Positions 1 through 9,285 of a stretch of DNA of 64,000 bases are shown piece after piece. Numbering within the stretch: the first letter of the stretch is position 1; the number at the start of each line of letters is the position of its first letter. The stretch is taken from assembly GCA_964536615.1 (NCBI GenBank), contig CAZHYG010000002.1:45000-108999 (forward strand), written 5' to 3'. A program made the translations under genes and the position numbers. The notes under the pieces are model-generated. The model was not told the DNA's origin, ran no database searches, and worked only from the letters and a program-made list of their open reading frames with translations. Source of the DNA: an uncultured Gammaproteobacteria bacterium (GTDB taxonomy: Bacteria; Patescibacteriota; Patescibacteriia; Magasanikbacterales; GWA2-37-8).

Positions 1-545
1 TAGAAAAAATAAAAACAAACCAATTAATTTTAATTTCCACCATTGATGTTTATTCTCAAACTCAAGGAATTGATGAATCGTGTAAAATTGATATAGGCAT
101 GCTACAGCCATACGGCAAACACCGACGCCTCCTGGAGGAATTTGCTGAACAGAATTTTAACACTCTTATAATCAGACTGCCGGGCTTATTTGGCCCTGGT
201 TTGAAAAAAAACCCTCTCTTTGATTTAATGAATAATAATCTCACTTATATCCACCCTCAAAATTTACTTCAATTTTATAACCTAAATAATATCTGGAAAG
301 ACATTGAGATATCTTTACAACATAAACTGCCAATAGTTAATTTTGTTACCGAGCCCTTATTATTAGCCGAACTTGCCAAAAATGTCTTTGCCTTAGAACT
401 GCCAGCCCCATCTACCCCTCCTTCGCAAACCTATGATATTCATACTAAATATGGAAGCATATGGCAAAGCAAAAAACCATATCTTTATCTTAAAGATATG
501 GTTTTAGAAGATATAAAACAATTCATTAGCAGCACATCTCGTTAG
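1..545 (+). CDS. NAD-dependent epimerase/dehydratase (RmlD-like), 5'-truncated at window edge
   Basis: The ORF frame is open from base 3 with no upstream stop. 'PYGK..', 'LIIRLPGLFGPG' and the C-terminal substrate-domain pattern resemble SDR-fold sugar-nucleotide reductases/epimerases. Confidence 0.5.
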   Translation, partial: EKIKTNQLILISTIDVYSQTQGIDESCKIDIGMLQPYGKHRRLLEEFAEQNFNTLIIRLPGLFGPGLKKNPLFDLMNNNLTYIHPQNLLQFYNLNNIWKDIEISLQHKLPIVNFVTEPLLLAELAKNVFALELPAPSTPPSQTYDIHTKYGSIWQSKKPYLYLKDMVLEDIKQFISSTSR

Positions 546-546
546 A

Positions 547-1407
547 TCATTTTTTTTCCGCAATAACTTCCATAATATCAAATAGATTCAAACCGAAGTT
601 TACTTTATGTAAACCGAGTTTTTTTACTACACCATGCAAGAACTTTAAAATCTTAGAGCTGATGCTTTGCGGATTTTGTTTCCCCGCAAGCTGATTAAAC
701 ACAGAGTCTACATTGCGATAAATTGTAGTGTGGCCAAAATAAACGATTCTAAAACCGTGTTTTGCCAAAAGTTTCGTTATAGTTTTTTTATCAAAGTAAA
801 AAAGATGAGTTGGGGGATGCACCATGCGCCACTTATCTTTGCGAATTCTGGCTGCAACAGCACCTATATCCCCAGTTGTAAGCGCAATATGCCCTCCTTT
901 GTTTATTGAGGATGAGATTTTGCCTATAATCTGATCCGGGTTAGGTAAATGCTCTACCACATCCCAAAGACAAACCATATCTGCCTTTTCTCCCTCATAA
1001 TTCATAAAACTATCGCAATATACATCTAAACCGAGCTCTTTTTTTGCGTACTCTACACCTTCTTTTGTTATATCATACCCAACAATTTTTTTAGCTTTTT
1101 CTTTGCATAAATTTAAAAAAAATCCGTATGAACAACCTATTTCTAACAATATGGAGCTTGGCGAAAGATATGCTTCTAAGCGTTTTAGGCGATTTCTAAA
1201 ATTTTTTTCCAATGCGGGCCTATCTTGAAAATAATCAAAATACTCTTCACCAAAAAAATAATTTTCCTTATACGCCTGCTCTAACTCAGCCGCACTTGGA
1301 TTCATTTTAGCCCGCACCAAACCACAGATAACACATTCCATTAAACGGAGGCTGTAATCCTTCCATACCCGCTGCCCACACACATCACATTGTATTTCTA
1401 TATTCAT
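547..1407 (-). CDS. SAM-dependent methyltransferase with N-terminal zinc ribbon (sugar C/O-methyltransferase-like)
   Basis: N-terminal CxxC..CxxC ('CDVCGQ..CVICG'); class I MTase core 'LLEIGCSYGFF'; C-terminal part resembles hexose methyltransferase C-domains. Lies in a glycan-modification operon. Confidence 0.6.
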   Translation of the reverse strand: MNIEIQCDVCGQRVWKDYSLRLMECVICGLVRAKMNPSAAELEQAYKENYFFGEEYFDYFQDRPALEKNFRNRLKRLEAYLSPSSILLEIGCSYGFFLNLCKEKAKKIVGYDITKEGVEYAKKELGLDVYCDSFMNYEGEKADMVCLWDVVEHLPNPDQIIGKISSSINKGGHIALTTGDIGAVAARIRKDKWRMVHPPTHLFYFDKKTITKLLAKHGFRIVYFGHTTIYRNVDSVFNQLAGKQNPQSISSKILKFLHGVVKKLGLHKVNFGLNLFDIMEVIAEKK

Positions 1408-1428
1408 ATATAACTCAAGGAATATTTC

Positions 1429-2382
1429 TTACCGAGCGTTATCACCAAATCCATCGGTATAATTTACTATGTATAAAGGACGGCCTTTAACCTCGTAAAA
1501 CATCTTAAAAAGATATTCTCCAATAATGCCCAAAATAATCAGCTGTGCGCCACCAATAATTAATACAGCAATAATAAGAGATGTCCAACCGGCAATAAGA
1601 CGCTCCGGAAAATAAATATATTCCAATAAAATATAGCCCCCATATACAACGCCACTTAGCGTTACTAAAAGACCAAACCACCAAGCCAGCCTTAACGGAA
1701 ATGCCGAAAAAGAAGTAATTCCGGTTATGGCAAGCTTAAACATCTTATTAATACCATACTTGCTCACGCCGCTATTGCGCCTATCTGCTTCATATTGAAT
1801 ATAGGTTTTTTGAAATCCAACCCACTGAGCCAACCCTCGTAAAAACCTGTCTTTTTCCGGCATTTTTTTAAGCACATCTATTACTTTTCTATCATATAAA
1901 TTAAAATCGGCAACACTAGATCGAAATTCCACATTGCTTATTTTATTTAAAATAAAATAAAAAAGTCGGCTAAAAGTATTTTTAATTTTTCTACCGTCAT
2001 TATTAAACACTCGCTCGCCAAGCACTAGATCGTAGCCATTTTTATATTCTTGAAACATTTTTTTAATGAGCTCAGGCGGCTGTTGAAGATCAGCATCAAT
2101 TGTCACCACGGCTTTTCCAAGACTATAATCAAGCCCTGCATGCAAAGCTGCCTGATGACCAAAATTACGAGACAGGCAAATCAGCTTAATACGCCGATCG
2201 CGCTGCTGCAAATCATGAACTATCTGCGCAGTGCCATCAACACTCCCATCGTCAACAATAATAATTTCATAGTTAGGCACAAGAGAAGACAGCACTTCGG
2301 CCAACCGAGCAGTAAGCAACGGAATATTACCGGCTTCATTATACGCTGGGACAACTACCGACAAATCATATGTTTCTGGCAT
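1429..2382 (-). CDS. GT2 polyprenyl-phosphate glycosyltransferase (GtrB/ArnC/DPM1-like)
   Basis: 'LSVVVPAYNEAGNI...IIVDDGSVDGT' GT2 motifs, DxD, C-terminal TM helices. Start moved to the internal ATG (MPETYD) to avoid overlap with the upstream gene. Confidence 0.75.
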   Translation of the reverse strand: MPETYDLSVVVPAYNEAGNIPLLTARLAEVLSSLVPNYEIIIVDDGSVDGTAQIVHDLQQRDRRIKLICLSRNFGHQAALHAGLDYSLGKAVVTIDADLQQPPELIKKMFQEYKNGYDLVLGERVFNNDGRKIKNTFSRLFYFILNKISNVEFRSSVADFNLYDRKVIDVLKKMPEKDRFLRGLAQWVGFQKTYIQYEADRRNSGVSKYGINKMFKLAITGITSFSAFPLRLAWWFGLLVTLSGVVYGGYILLEYIYFPERLIAGWTSLIIAVLIIGGAQLIILGIIGEYLFKMFYEVKGRPLYIVNYTDGFGDNAR

Positions 2383-2383
2383 A

Positions 2384-4084
2384 TTATAAATGTTTATAAA
2401 TTTTAAAATACGCACTACTAAAAGACAGAGTAAAATTTTTATCAAGCGCGGGCTGTATCTGCTTCATAGCAAACGCATGCTCCTCACCTAAATCGGAGCC
2501 ATAAAACTTTGGCTCAAATATAATTACAATTTTACTGTTTTCTGCGCCGTCTAAAGTTGCCCCATACGCGCCGCCAGGCCTATAAAAAGAAACCAAAGGA
2601 AAACCGGCAGGAGGAATTTTGCCCAATAAATAATAAATTTCTGACGCTCGCGGGTATGCAGCTAAACTGCCTGCCTCCTGGCCAGCATCTAAGAACAACG
2701 AAAGATCCCGGAATTGAGCAGAAAAGCTTTTGTAATACGACATTGGCACCCACACATTTTCATTTTTTGTTTTACTCAGAAAATAATCTCTAGTTTTAAA
2801 ATCAAAATATAAAATAGTAAAATTACTAACAAACAAAAGCGCCACCAGCCCACCAGCCACAACATTGAACACGTTATTAAAAAATAAAAATTTACCATTC
2901 ATTTCCTGTTTAACGTTAAAAAGCCACAACACAAAGATCATGAAAAATACACTAAAATTCATCTGAAACACCAAAATGGACGAGGCAAAAAATATACCGA
3001 CCATACCTGTCCAAAGCAAAAAAACAGGTTCAATAGGTTCTTTATATCTAATCTTTTTTAAAAAAATATACACTATATATATTGCCATGTAAATTATAAA
3101 AAACAGGCCAAACAGAGAAAACACGGAAAACAGAAGACTCGATTTTTTCAAAAATACCTTATAAAACAGCCCTTCCGGCAACAGATCGGGCTCTTGCCCG
3201 AATTCTACAGCGGTATTTGACTGCTGTACCACATCTTTTGCGGGAGCAAACCGCTTGTAATACAGACTCCGAACGTTGGTAATTGAAGTGCGCCAAATTG
3301 TGCCGTAACCATAAGTGCCTGTGTACTGCTGATAGCCAGTAGCAAACGTTGATTCATACATTTTCTGCAAAGAAATCTTACCAAACATGACGAAACTGCC
3401 CAAAAATATAAACAGACACAAAAGTTGAGCGCTGACTAAAACAAATAATTTACGTATGCTTAGTTTGTTTTTATTCAATACATAGTCGGCAAACAGCACA
3501 AATAGACCTAATGCCATTGAAGCCATGCCGTATGTTTGCGTCACAAAAAAATTTGCAACCGAACATACCGCTACTACTCCTGCCCATATATAAATTTCTT
3601 TTTTTGAAACGGCCCTTATTAAGCCTATAAGGCAAAAAGCAACACAAGCAGAAAGTGTTACATCAAAGGAATGATGATTAAAACTAGGCAAAGTGGTAGT
3701 ATACACGCCAAAAAACAGCAGCAGGCTCAATACTTTCTCCCGAAATGAAAGCTTCAGAACATGCGCACTAGCAAAAACAATCAAAGAAGCTGCAAAAATG
3801 TTAAGTGCGCCTAAAATGTTCGCCGCATGGATTGGCAATTTAGCTAGCAACAAAAAACTCGCAACATACGAAGTTAGTGGCATGATATGCATATAGAAGT
3901 CAACATATGGAACGCGCCCGGATTTCACCATAGTTCCATAAGTTAATTCTACCGAACTATCCCCCATCTGCATTTTACCCCACGTAAAAAAACCTACACA
4001 CAAAGCGACAGTCACAATAAGCCCAAACAGCGCGTAATTTTGTTTTCTGTCCGAAAACTTAATCTTGAAATTACTAATATTCAT
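2384..4084 (-). CDS. Polytopic membrane protein, putative GT-C fold glycosyltransferase (ArnT/PMT/GtrII-like partner of the GT2)
   Basis: 566 aa with more than 10 predicted TM helices, immediately upstream of a GtrB-like GT2. No specific motif recognised. Confidence 0.4.
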   Translation of the reverse strand: MNISNFKIKFSDRKQNYALFGLIVTVALCVGFFTWGKMQMGDSSVELTYGTMVKSGRVPYVDFYMHIMPLTSYVASFLLLAKLPIHAANILGALNIFAASLIVFASAHVLKLSFREKVLSLLLFFGVYTTTLPSFNHHSFDVTLSACVAFCLIGLIRAVSKKEIYIWAGVVAVCSVANFFVTQTYGMASMALGLFVLFADYVLNKNKLSIRKLFVLVSAQLLCLFIFLGSFVMFGKISLQKMYESTFATGYQQYTGTYGYGTIWRTSITNVRSLYYKRFAPAKDVVQQSNTAVEFGQEPDLLPEGLFYKVFLKKSSLLFSVFSLFGLFFIIYMAIYIVYIFLKKIRYKEPIEPVFLLWTGMVGIFFASSILVFQMNFSVFFMIFVLWLFNVKQEMNGKFLFFNNVFNVVAGGLVALLFVSNFTILYFDFKTRDYFLSKTKNENVWVPMSYYKSFSAQFRDLSLFLDAGQEAGSLAAYPRASEIYYLLGKIPPAGFPLVSFYRPGGAYGATLDGAENSKIVIIFEPKFYGSDLGEEHAFAMKQIQPALDKNFTLSFSSAYFKIYKHL

Positions 4085-4118
4085 AGCATGATTAAGTTTG
4101 TTTTAAACAAACAGTAAA

Positions 4119-6209
4119 TTATTTAACTGGGGATGTCTTAAAAATCTCAGCAATTACGCCTTGATCTTTCGGGCTAAATACAACGCCATTTTTAATGGCT
4201 TCATCAATTATTTCATGGGCCTTTTCTGTTTTACCGGTTAATTGATATAAGTAGGCAAGGCGCCAATATCCTTCTGTTACTTTTGGATCATCGGTGATAG
4301 TGCCCTCAATTAATTTTACTGCTTCGTCCATCTTTCCAATTTGCAAATTAAAATTAGCAATATTATATATAATTTGCTGACGTTTAGGAGAATACGATAA
4401 AGCGGTTTGCAGATATGTTCCGTAATCTCCGATATACTTAACATCGCCGGTTAACCCATAACCAGACTGGCTCAACTGGCTTAGAGTTAAGTAGTTTCTA
4501 ATATCATAGGGATGAAGCTCGATATTTGCCTTAAGCGCGTCAGAGGCGATTGAAAACATCTCCAAACTCTTTTCTTTACCAATCTTACTTGTATCGCCAG
4601 TTAACACCTGGGCAACTGTACGAGCTAAGTCACTGCGAATATCATCTATATGCGGCGAGTTAAACGCCAAAGCAGATTTCATTAAATCAATGCCCGCATC
4701 AGGCTGGTAGCTAAGATACTTAAGCGCTTCCAGTGTTTTCATGTTAGCTCGTGCCGGCTGTATATTAAACACAAAAATTAACAGGGCAAATACCAATCCT
4801 GTTGTAACCACACTACCCGTACTTACAACACTATCCGGACGAATTGTTGAGACAGTATTTTTAGTCCCTGATGCTACAGCTAACTCTTTTTTAATATACG
4901 CAAGAGATCCAGTCATTGCCAACCAAAACATAAAATAAAGATAGGAGGTTGGATTTTCAAAAACAGTGATACTCTGCACCAAATGAGCTACAAGAAAACC
5001 GACACTGATAATTGCAAGATTAAGATCTAAAACTTTTTTTCTACGAGCCAACACAACTACTCCAACACTAGCTACAAACACCAACAAGTATGTAACCAAA
5101 CCTACAAGGCCCTGAACCGCCAATGTGTTAACTAAAATATTATGCGCATTATCAAACCAAGTTTCACCATAACCAAAACGCAATGATTTAGATTGGTAAT
5201 ATTTATTGAAGGCGTAGAAAAAATTGTTTGGACCCCACCCAAACACAGGCTTCTCTTTCCAACTCTCAACAGCTGATTCCCACGCCAACCAGCGCGGACT
5301 ATTTTTTATAGTTTCAAGCGAAGTTTCAAATACACGATTGACCGCCGGAATTTTTTGAACAAGCTCACTATTTCTAAACACATACAACAAAGCTATAAGA
5401 GCAAAACCCAGCACGGCAATAGCAACTAAAATTTTTCTGGTTTTTGGAAAATCACGTAAAAATATAATATACCCAAACAGCATAACCGCAGACCCGGCCA
5501 CAAGACCCAACATAGAACCGCGGGTGCCGCTAAAAATAAGAGCTGCAAAAGCGAGCAATCCTACACAAACCGATGCCCACTTCCAAATTTTATTTTCTTC
5601 TTTAAGAAAAAGTAAAAATGACACAAAGATCAAAAACATACCATATCCTCCCACATAAATAGCATTTCCAAGTGTAGCAATAATACGAGGGGATCCCTGA
5701 TTTAACAATAAATTAGGATTAAATATCTGCAAAATCCCCACTAACATAACTAATGAACCGGCGATCAAAAAAACACGCAGGGCTTTTTTCCAGTCATCCC
5801 ATGTCTTAAACAAAGAAGTGGCAATAAAATAATAAGCAATATAGTGAAAAATAGTAAACAACCCTAACATTCTTTCGTGATTGTCCCAAAAACTGTGATA
5901 CCAATCTACACCGGCAAAAGTTGAAATAGCAAAGCTTAGAAAAAATCCTGCCACCGCTACATTCAACCAAGAAAATTTTGGTCTAAATTCAGACCAATTT
6001 ATTATTAACAGCAGAACATAGGCGCCGATCATTAGCTCAACCAAAGATCGGAATACTAGAATTTTTGGCACGATAAACGGAAAGATAAACGAGGTTGGAA
6101 AAACAAGCAACGGCACAAAAAAAGTAAGATATACCAACACCTTTAACATACTAACGATTCGTTGTTTCATACAGAGAGTTTTAAAAAAATATAAAATTTT
6201 TCCGGTCAT
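4119..6209 (-). CDS. O-antigen ligase (Wzy_C)-like membrane protein with C-terminal TPR repeats
   Basis: Multi-TM N-terminal half with a 'SGTRGSMLGLVAG' Wzy_C-like motif; C-terminal about 250 aa with TPR-like repeats (ALKYL.., AYLYQLTGKTEKA). Confidence 0.55.
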   Translation of the reverse strand: MTGKILYFFKTLCMKQRIVSMLKVLVYLTFFVPLLVFPTSFIFPFIVPKILVFRSLVELMIGAYVLLLIINWSEFRPKFSWLNVAVAGFFLSFAISTFAGVDWYHSFWDNHERMLGLFTIFHYIAYYFIATSLFKTWDDWKKALRVFLIAGSLVMLVGILQIFNPNLLLNQGSPRIIATLGNAIYVGGYGMFLIFVSFLLFLKEENKIWKWASVCVGLLAFAALIFSGTRGSMLGLVAGSAVMLFGYIIFLRDFPKTRKILVAIAVLGFALIALLYVFRNSELVQKIPAVNRVFETSLETIKNSPRWLAWESAVESWKEKPVFGWGPNNFFYAFNKYYQSKSLRFGYGETWFDNAHNILVNTLAVQGLVGLVTYLLVFVASVGVVVLARRKKVLDLNLAIISVGFLVAHLVQSITVFENPTSYLYFMFWLAMTGSLAYIKKELAVASGTKNTVSTIRPDSVVSTGSVVTTGLVFALLIFVFNIQPARANMKTLEALKYLSYQPDAGIDLMKSALAFNSPHIDDIRSDLARTVAQVLTGDTSKIGKEKSLEMFSIASDALKANIELHPYDIRNYLTLSQLSQSGYGLTGDVKYIGDYGTYLQTALSYSPKRQQIIYNIANFNLQIGKMDEAVKLIEGTITDDPKVTEGYWRLAYLYQLTGKTEKAHEIIDEAIKNGVVFSPKDQGVIAEIFKTSPVK

Positions 6210-6291
6210 TAACCGGCTAATTTAGCTTGCAACTTTTCAGATATTCTATCCTGCTCAGGCTTTTGTGTCAACAAAAGCGGCTTACCTTGAG

Positions 6292-6320
6292 TTGACCCCT
6301 CCCCTATTATCTGCTATAAT
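6292..6320 (+). promoter_or_regulatory. Sigma70-like promoter TTGACC-17-TATAAT upstream of the ABC-F gene
   Basis: TTGACC at 6292-6297, 17-nt spacer, TATAAT at 6315-6320; the ATG at 6342 gives a very short leader. Confidence 0.4.
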
Positions 6321-6341
6321 AAGCCATCTATTTATGCATAT

Positions 6342-7802
6342 ATGGCACAAGAAAACGTTATTATAAGTTTTGACAACGTATCTTTTTCTTACAATTCCCA
6401 CAAGCCGATTCTTGAAGAGGCTAATTTTTCGGTACGCAAAAACTCTAAGATCACCATCATGGGACAAAACGGAGCCGGAAAAAGCACTATTTTTAAACTC
6501 ATAACTGGCGATTTAAAACCAGAGGTGGGCCAGGTAAATATCAGCCTCGGCGCTTCCATAGCCATCGCTACCCAGGTCATGAAGCCAGAAAATTTGGAAA
6601 AAACTATAGAAGAATTTTTTGGTCAGTTATTCCAGAAAAAAGTATACGATCTGCCAAAACGAATCGCCGACATTTTGGACGTTGTTCACCTAAACGCCCC
6701 TTTAGATAAAAAAATAAAACAATTTTCCGGAGGCCAGCAGGCGCGCTTACTTCTTGCTTACGCGCTTATTCAGCAGCCTGATATTTTGCTGTTAGATGAA
6801 CCAACTAACAATCTTGATACCGCGGGTATAGAGCACCTCACTCAATTCTTAATCTCCTACCAAAAAACATGCCTGGTTATTTCTCATGATGCGAACTTTT
6901 TAAACGCATTTACTGACGGCGTGTTGTATCTTGATTCATACACTCAAAAAATAGAACAATACGTTGGCGACTATTACAACGTGCTTGGTGAAATTGAAGC
7001 CAGAATTGAACGCGAACGCATGAAAAACGCACAGCTCCGCAAAAGCATTCAAGACCGCAAAGATAAAATAAACTTTTTCGCCAACAAAGGCGGCAAGATG
7101 AGAAAATTAGCCAGCAAACTGCGCGACCAGGTGGAAGACGCGGAAGAAAACATGGTTGACGAACGCCAAGAAGACAAAACTATCAATGAATTTACCATAC
7201 CTTCTCAAACCGAGATTATCGGACCAATGGTAGAAATTAAATCGGTTGGGGTTATGATAAATAATGAACCTGTTCGCAAAACATTGCTCCCACCTGTTTC
7301 TTTGCGCAAAAAACAACGTCTGCTTTTAAAAGGACCAAACGGCATAGGCAAAAGCACCTTGCTATACGCGCTCGCTCATGGAACTGAAGAAGGCGCGACT
7401 ATTTCTCCCGACATCCGAGTCGGTTATTACCGACAGGATTTTTCCGGGCTTGATTTTGAAAAAACCGCCTACCAGGCTTTGGAAGAAATGATGCCTAACC
7501 CATGGAACCAAGAAATATTCGCTACCGCCGCTCAATTTCTTTTGCCGGCACAGCTGCTCAAAAATAAAGTTGGATCACTATCTGAAGGTCAAAAAGGGCT
7601 CTTATGCTACGCGCGTTTTGTGCTGCAAAAACCAGGATTGTTAATTATGGATGAACCGACCAACCATATCAATTTCCGACACCTGCCAATTATCGCCAAA
7701 GCGCTGGATGAATTTGAAGGCGCTATTATATTGGTAAGCCACGTACCAGAATTTGTAGAACAGATTACAATTGACCAAGTGCTTGATCTGGAAAACCTAT
7801 AA
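6342..7802 (+). CDS. ABC-F family ATPase (two tandem ABC domains, no TMD)
   Basis: Two Walker A motifs ('GQNGAGKST', 'GPNGIGKST'), two signature motifs ('FSGGQQARL', 'LSEGQKGLL'), and an inter-domain linker. Confidence 0.8.
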   Translation: MAQENVIISFDNVSFSYNSHKPILEEANFSVRKNSKITIMGQNGAGKSTIFKLITGDLKPEVGQVNISLGASIAIATQVMKPENLEKTIEEFFGQLFQKKVYDLPKRIADILDVVHLNAPLDKKIKQFSGGQQARLLLAYALIQQPDILLLDEPTNNLDTAGIEHLTQFLISYQKTCLVISHDANFLNAFTDGVLYLDSYTQKIEQYVGDYYNVLGEIEARIERERMKNAQLRKSIQDRKDKINFFANKGGKMRKLASKLRDQVEDAEENMVDERQEDKTINEFTIPSQTEIIGPMVEIKSVGVMINNEPVRKTLLPPVSLRKKQRLLLKGPNGIGKSTLLYALAHGTEEGATISPDIRVGYYRQDFSGLDFEKTAYQALEEMMPNPWNQEIFATAAQFLLPAQLLKNKVGSLSEGQKGLLCYARFVLQKPGLLIMDEPTNHINFRHLPIIAKALDEFEGAIILVSHVPEFVEQITIDQVLDLENL

Positions 7803-7853
7803 TCAGATTGACTTTATACGATTTTTTGATACACTGTTTTTACCAAACATGTT

Positions 7854-7943
7854 GGAGAGATGGCTGAGCGGTCGATAGCAACGGTTTACTAAACCGTAGT
7901 CCACGCAAGTGGACCCTGGGTTCGAATCCCAGTCTCTCCGCCA
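7854..7943 (+). tRNA. Type II tRNA (long variable arm), anticodon loop UUACUAA, apparent anticodon ACU (Ser-like, atypical A34)
   Basis: Acceptor GGAGAGA/TCTCTCC + G + encoded CCA; anticodon stem ACGGT/ACCGT at 7881-7897; long variable arm TCCACGCAAGTGGAC; T-arm GGGTTCGAATCCC. Confidence 0.7.
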
Positions 7944-7952
7944 AACACACCT

Positions 7953-8040
<88 letters not shown>

Positions 8041-8070
8041 AATTGAAAATCGGAATGGGATGAGAAGTTT

Positions 8071-8104
8071 ACACCCCAAAGGGGTGAATCCCTCCCTCTC
8101 CGCA
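8071..8104 (+). pseudogene. tRNA 3'-end fragment (duplicate of the last ~20 nt of tRNA-Ser(GCU): T-arm-like hairpin + AATCCCTCCCTCTCCGC)
   Basis: 'CCCCaaaGGGGTGAATCCCTCCCTCTCCGCA' lies 30 nt after the intact tRNA. There is no 5' half. Confidence 0.4.
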
Positions 8105-8110
8105 TTATAA

Positions 8111-8141
8111 AAACACACGCCTAATAAAGCGTGTGTTTTTG
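8111..8141. terminator. Bidirectional rho-independent terminator (ACACACGC-loop-GCGTGTGT flanked by A/T runs)
   Basis: Perfect 8-bp stem with a T-run on the + side and an A-run upstream (a T-run on the - strand). It sits between the tRNA array (+) and the 3' end of the ATP-grasp gene (-). Confidence 0.6.
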
Positions 8142-8190
8142 CGATGATCAAGAGGAAGAAAATATGAAGTGAAAATTTGTATTAAAAAAT

Positions 8191-9243
8191 TTAAGACCTA
8201 AGCTCCGGAAACATGAGATAGACAAATTCTTTGGTTACCTCTCGAGATTTGCCCTGCATCGGCAGATCATGCATCGCAAACTCAGGCGCGGAATTCATTT
8301 CTATAATTGTATATGTTTCTACAGATTGTGGCTGAGAAAGATCTTTGCACATAAAGTCAATCCCCGACCAACTTAGACCCGGAATTGCTCGAACTGCATC
8401 AATTGCAATTTGCTTAACAGAAGGGTGCGCATTATCAGTTCTATCAACAGCAACACCACCAGCCATAATATTTGAAACTTTTTGCAAACGCACTAACTGA
8501 TCCTTTTTTGGAACAGATTTTTCGGTTAAATCCTGATCTTTAAGCAAGGCAACCGAATTATGATCTAACATAATATGAGGGTACAAATGCTGCGAGATAT
8601 TTCTCAACGGCTTTGTATTTTCAACCTCAATCAACTCACTAACTGTATGAACACCGTCACCGATAATATGGGCCGGGATTCGCTCCATAATGGCAAGCAC
8701 TTTTTCTTGGGTGGCCATAATACGATATTCGTGCCCAACAAACATTTCCTCCAAAATAAGGAGGCCTGGATATAATGGATTTTTAAAATATAATCGAATT
8801 TTTTCTAGACATTCATTAAAATCAAAGAGTTCCATTTCAACACCTTTTCCATGCGATCCTTTTGCAGGCTTAAGAACTAGCGGTTTTTGCAGCGAATCCC
8901 ATATTGATTTAATTCGATCATCGGAATCTGATTGATATATAGTATATCCAGGCATCACAGATAAACCTGATCTTTTAAGCATTACTTTGCATAACTGCTT
9001 ATCGTAGCAAGACTCCACGCCAGTAAAATTAGTAGTACTTGGAATTCTTTCTCTAAAAGTTAGGATTTTATTTTTATATTGCAATTGCACAACGTCGGTA
9101 TCAGGTATCACAAAAGCACTAACACCCATCTTTTGGGCCTCTTCAATAATCATTTGAGTGGACAAAAATGGATCAATTTCCTCTTCTTGCACTTCTCCTT
9201 CGGGTAAAGACCGCACGAAATATAACGGTTTAGATAGCGACAT
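8191..9243 (-). CDS. ATP-grasp fold ligase (RimK/cyanophycin-synthetase-like)
   Basis: ATP-grasp central/C-terminal motifs ('LVLKPAKGSHGKGV', 'IIEMNSAPEF'); 350 aa. Confidence 0.6.
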   Translation of the reverse strand: MSLSKPLYFVRSLPEGEVQEEEIDPFLSTQMIIEEAQKMGVSAFVIPDTDVVQLQYKNKILTFRERIPSTTNFTGVESCYDKQLCKVMLKRSGLSVMPGYTIYQSDSDDRIKSIWDSLQKPLVLKPAKGSHGKGVEMELFDFNECLEKIRLYFKNPLYPGLLILEEMFVGHEYRIMATQEKVLAIMERIPAHIIGDGVHTVSELIEVENTKPLRNISQHLYPHIMLDHNSVALLKDQDLTEKSVPKKDQLVRLQKVSNIMAGGVAVDRTDNAHPSVKQIAIDAVRAIPGLSWSGIDFMCKDLSQPQSVETYTIIEMNSAPEFAMHDLPMQGKSREVTKEFVYLMFPELRS

Positions 9244-9285
9244 ATACTATAAGAATATCCTTAACAAAAAAATAAAAATTAAACT

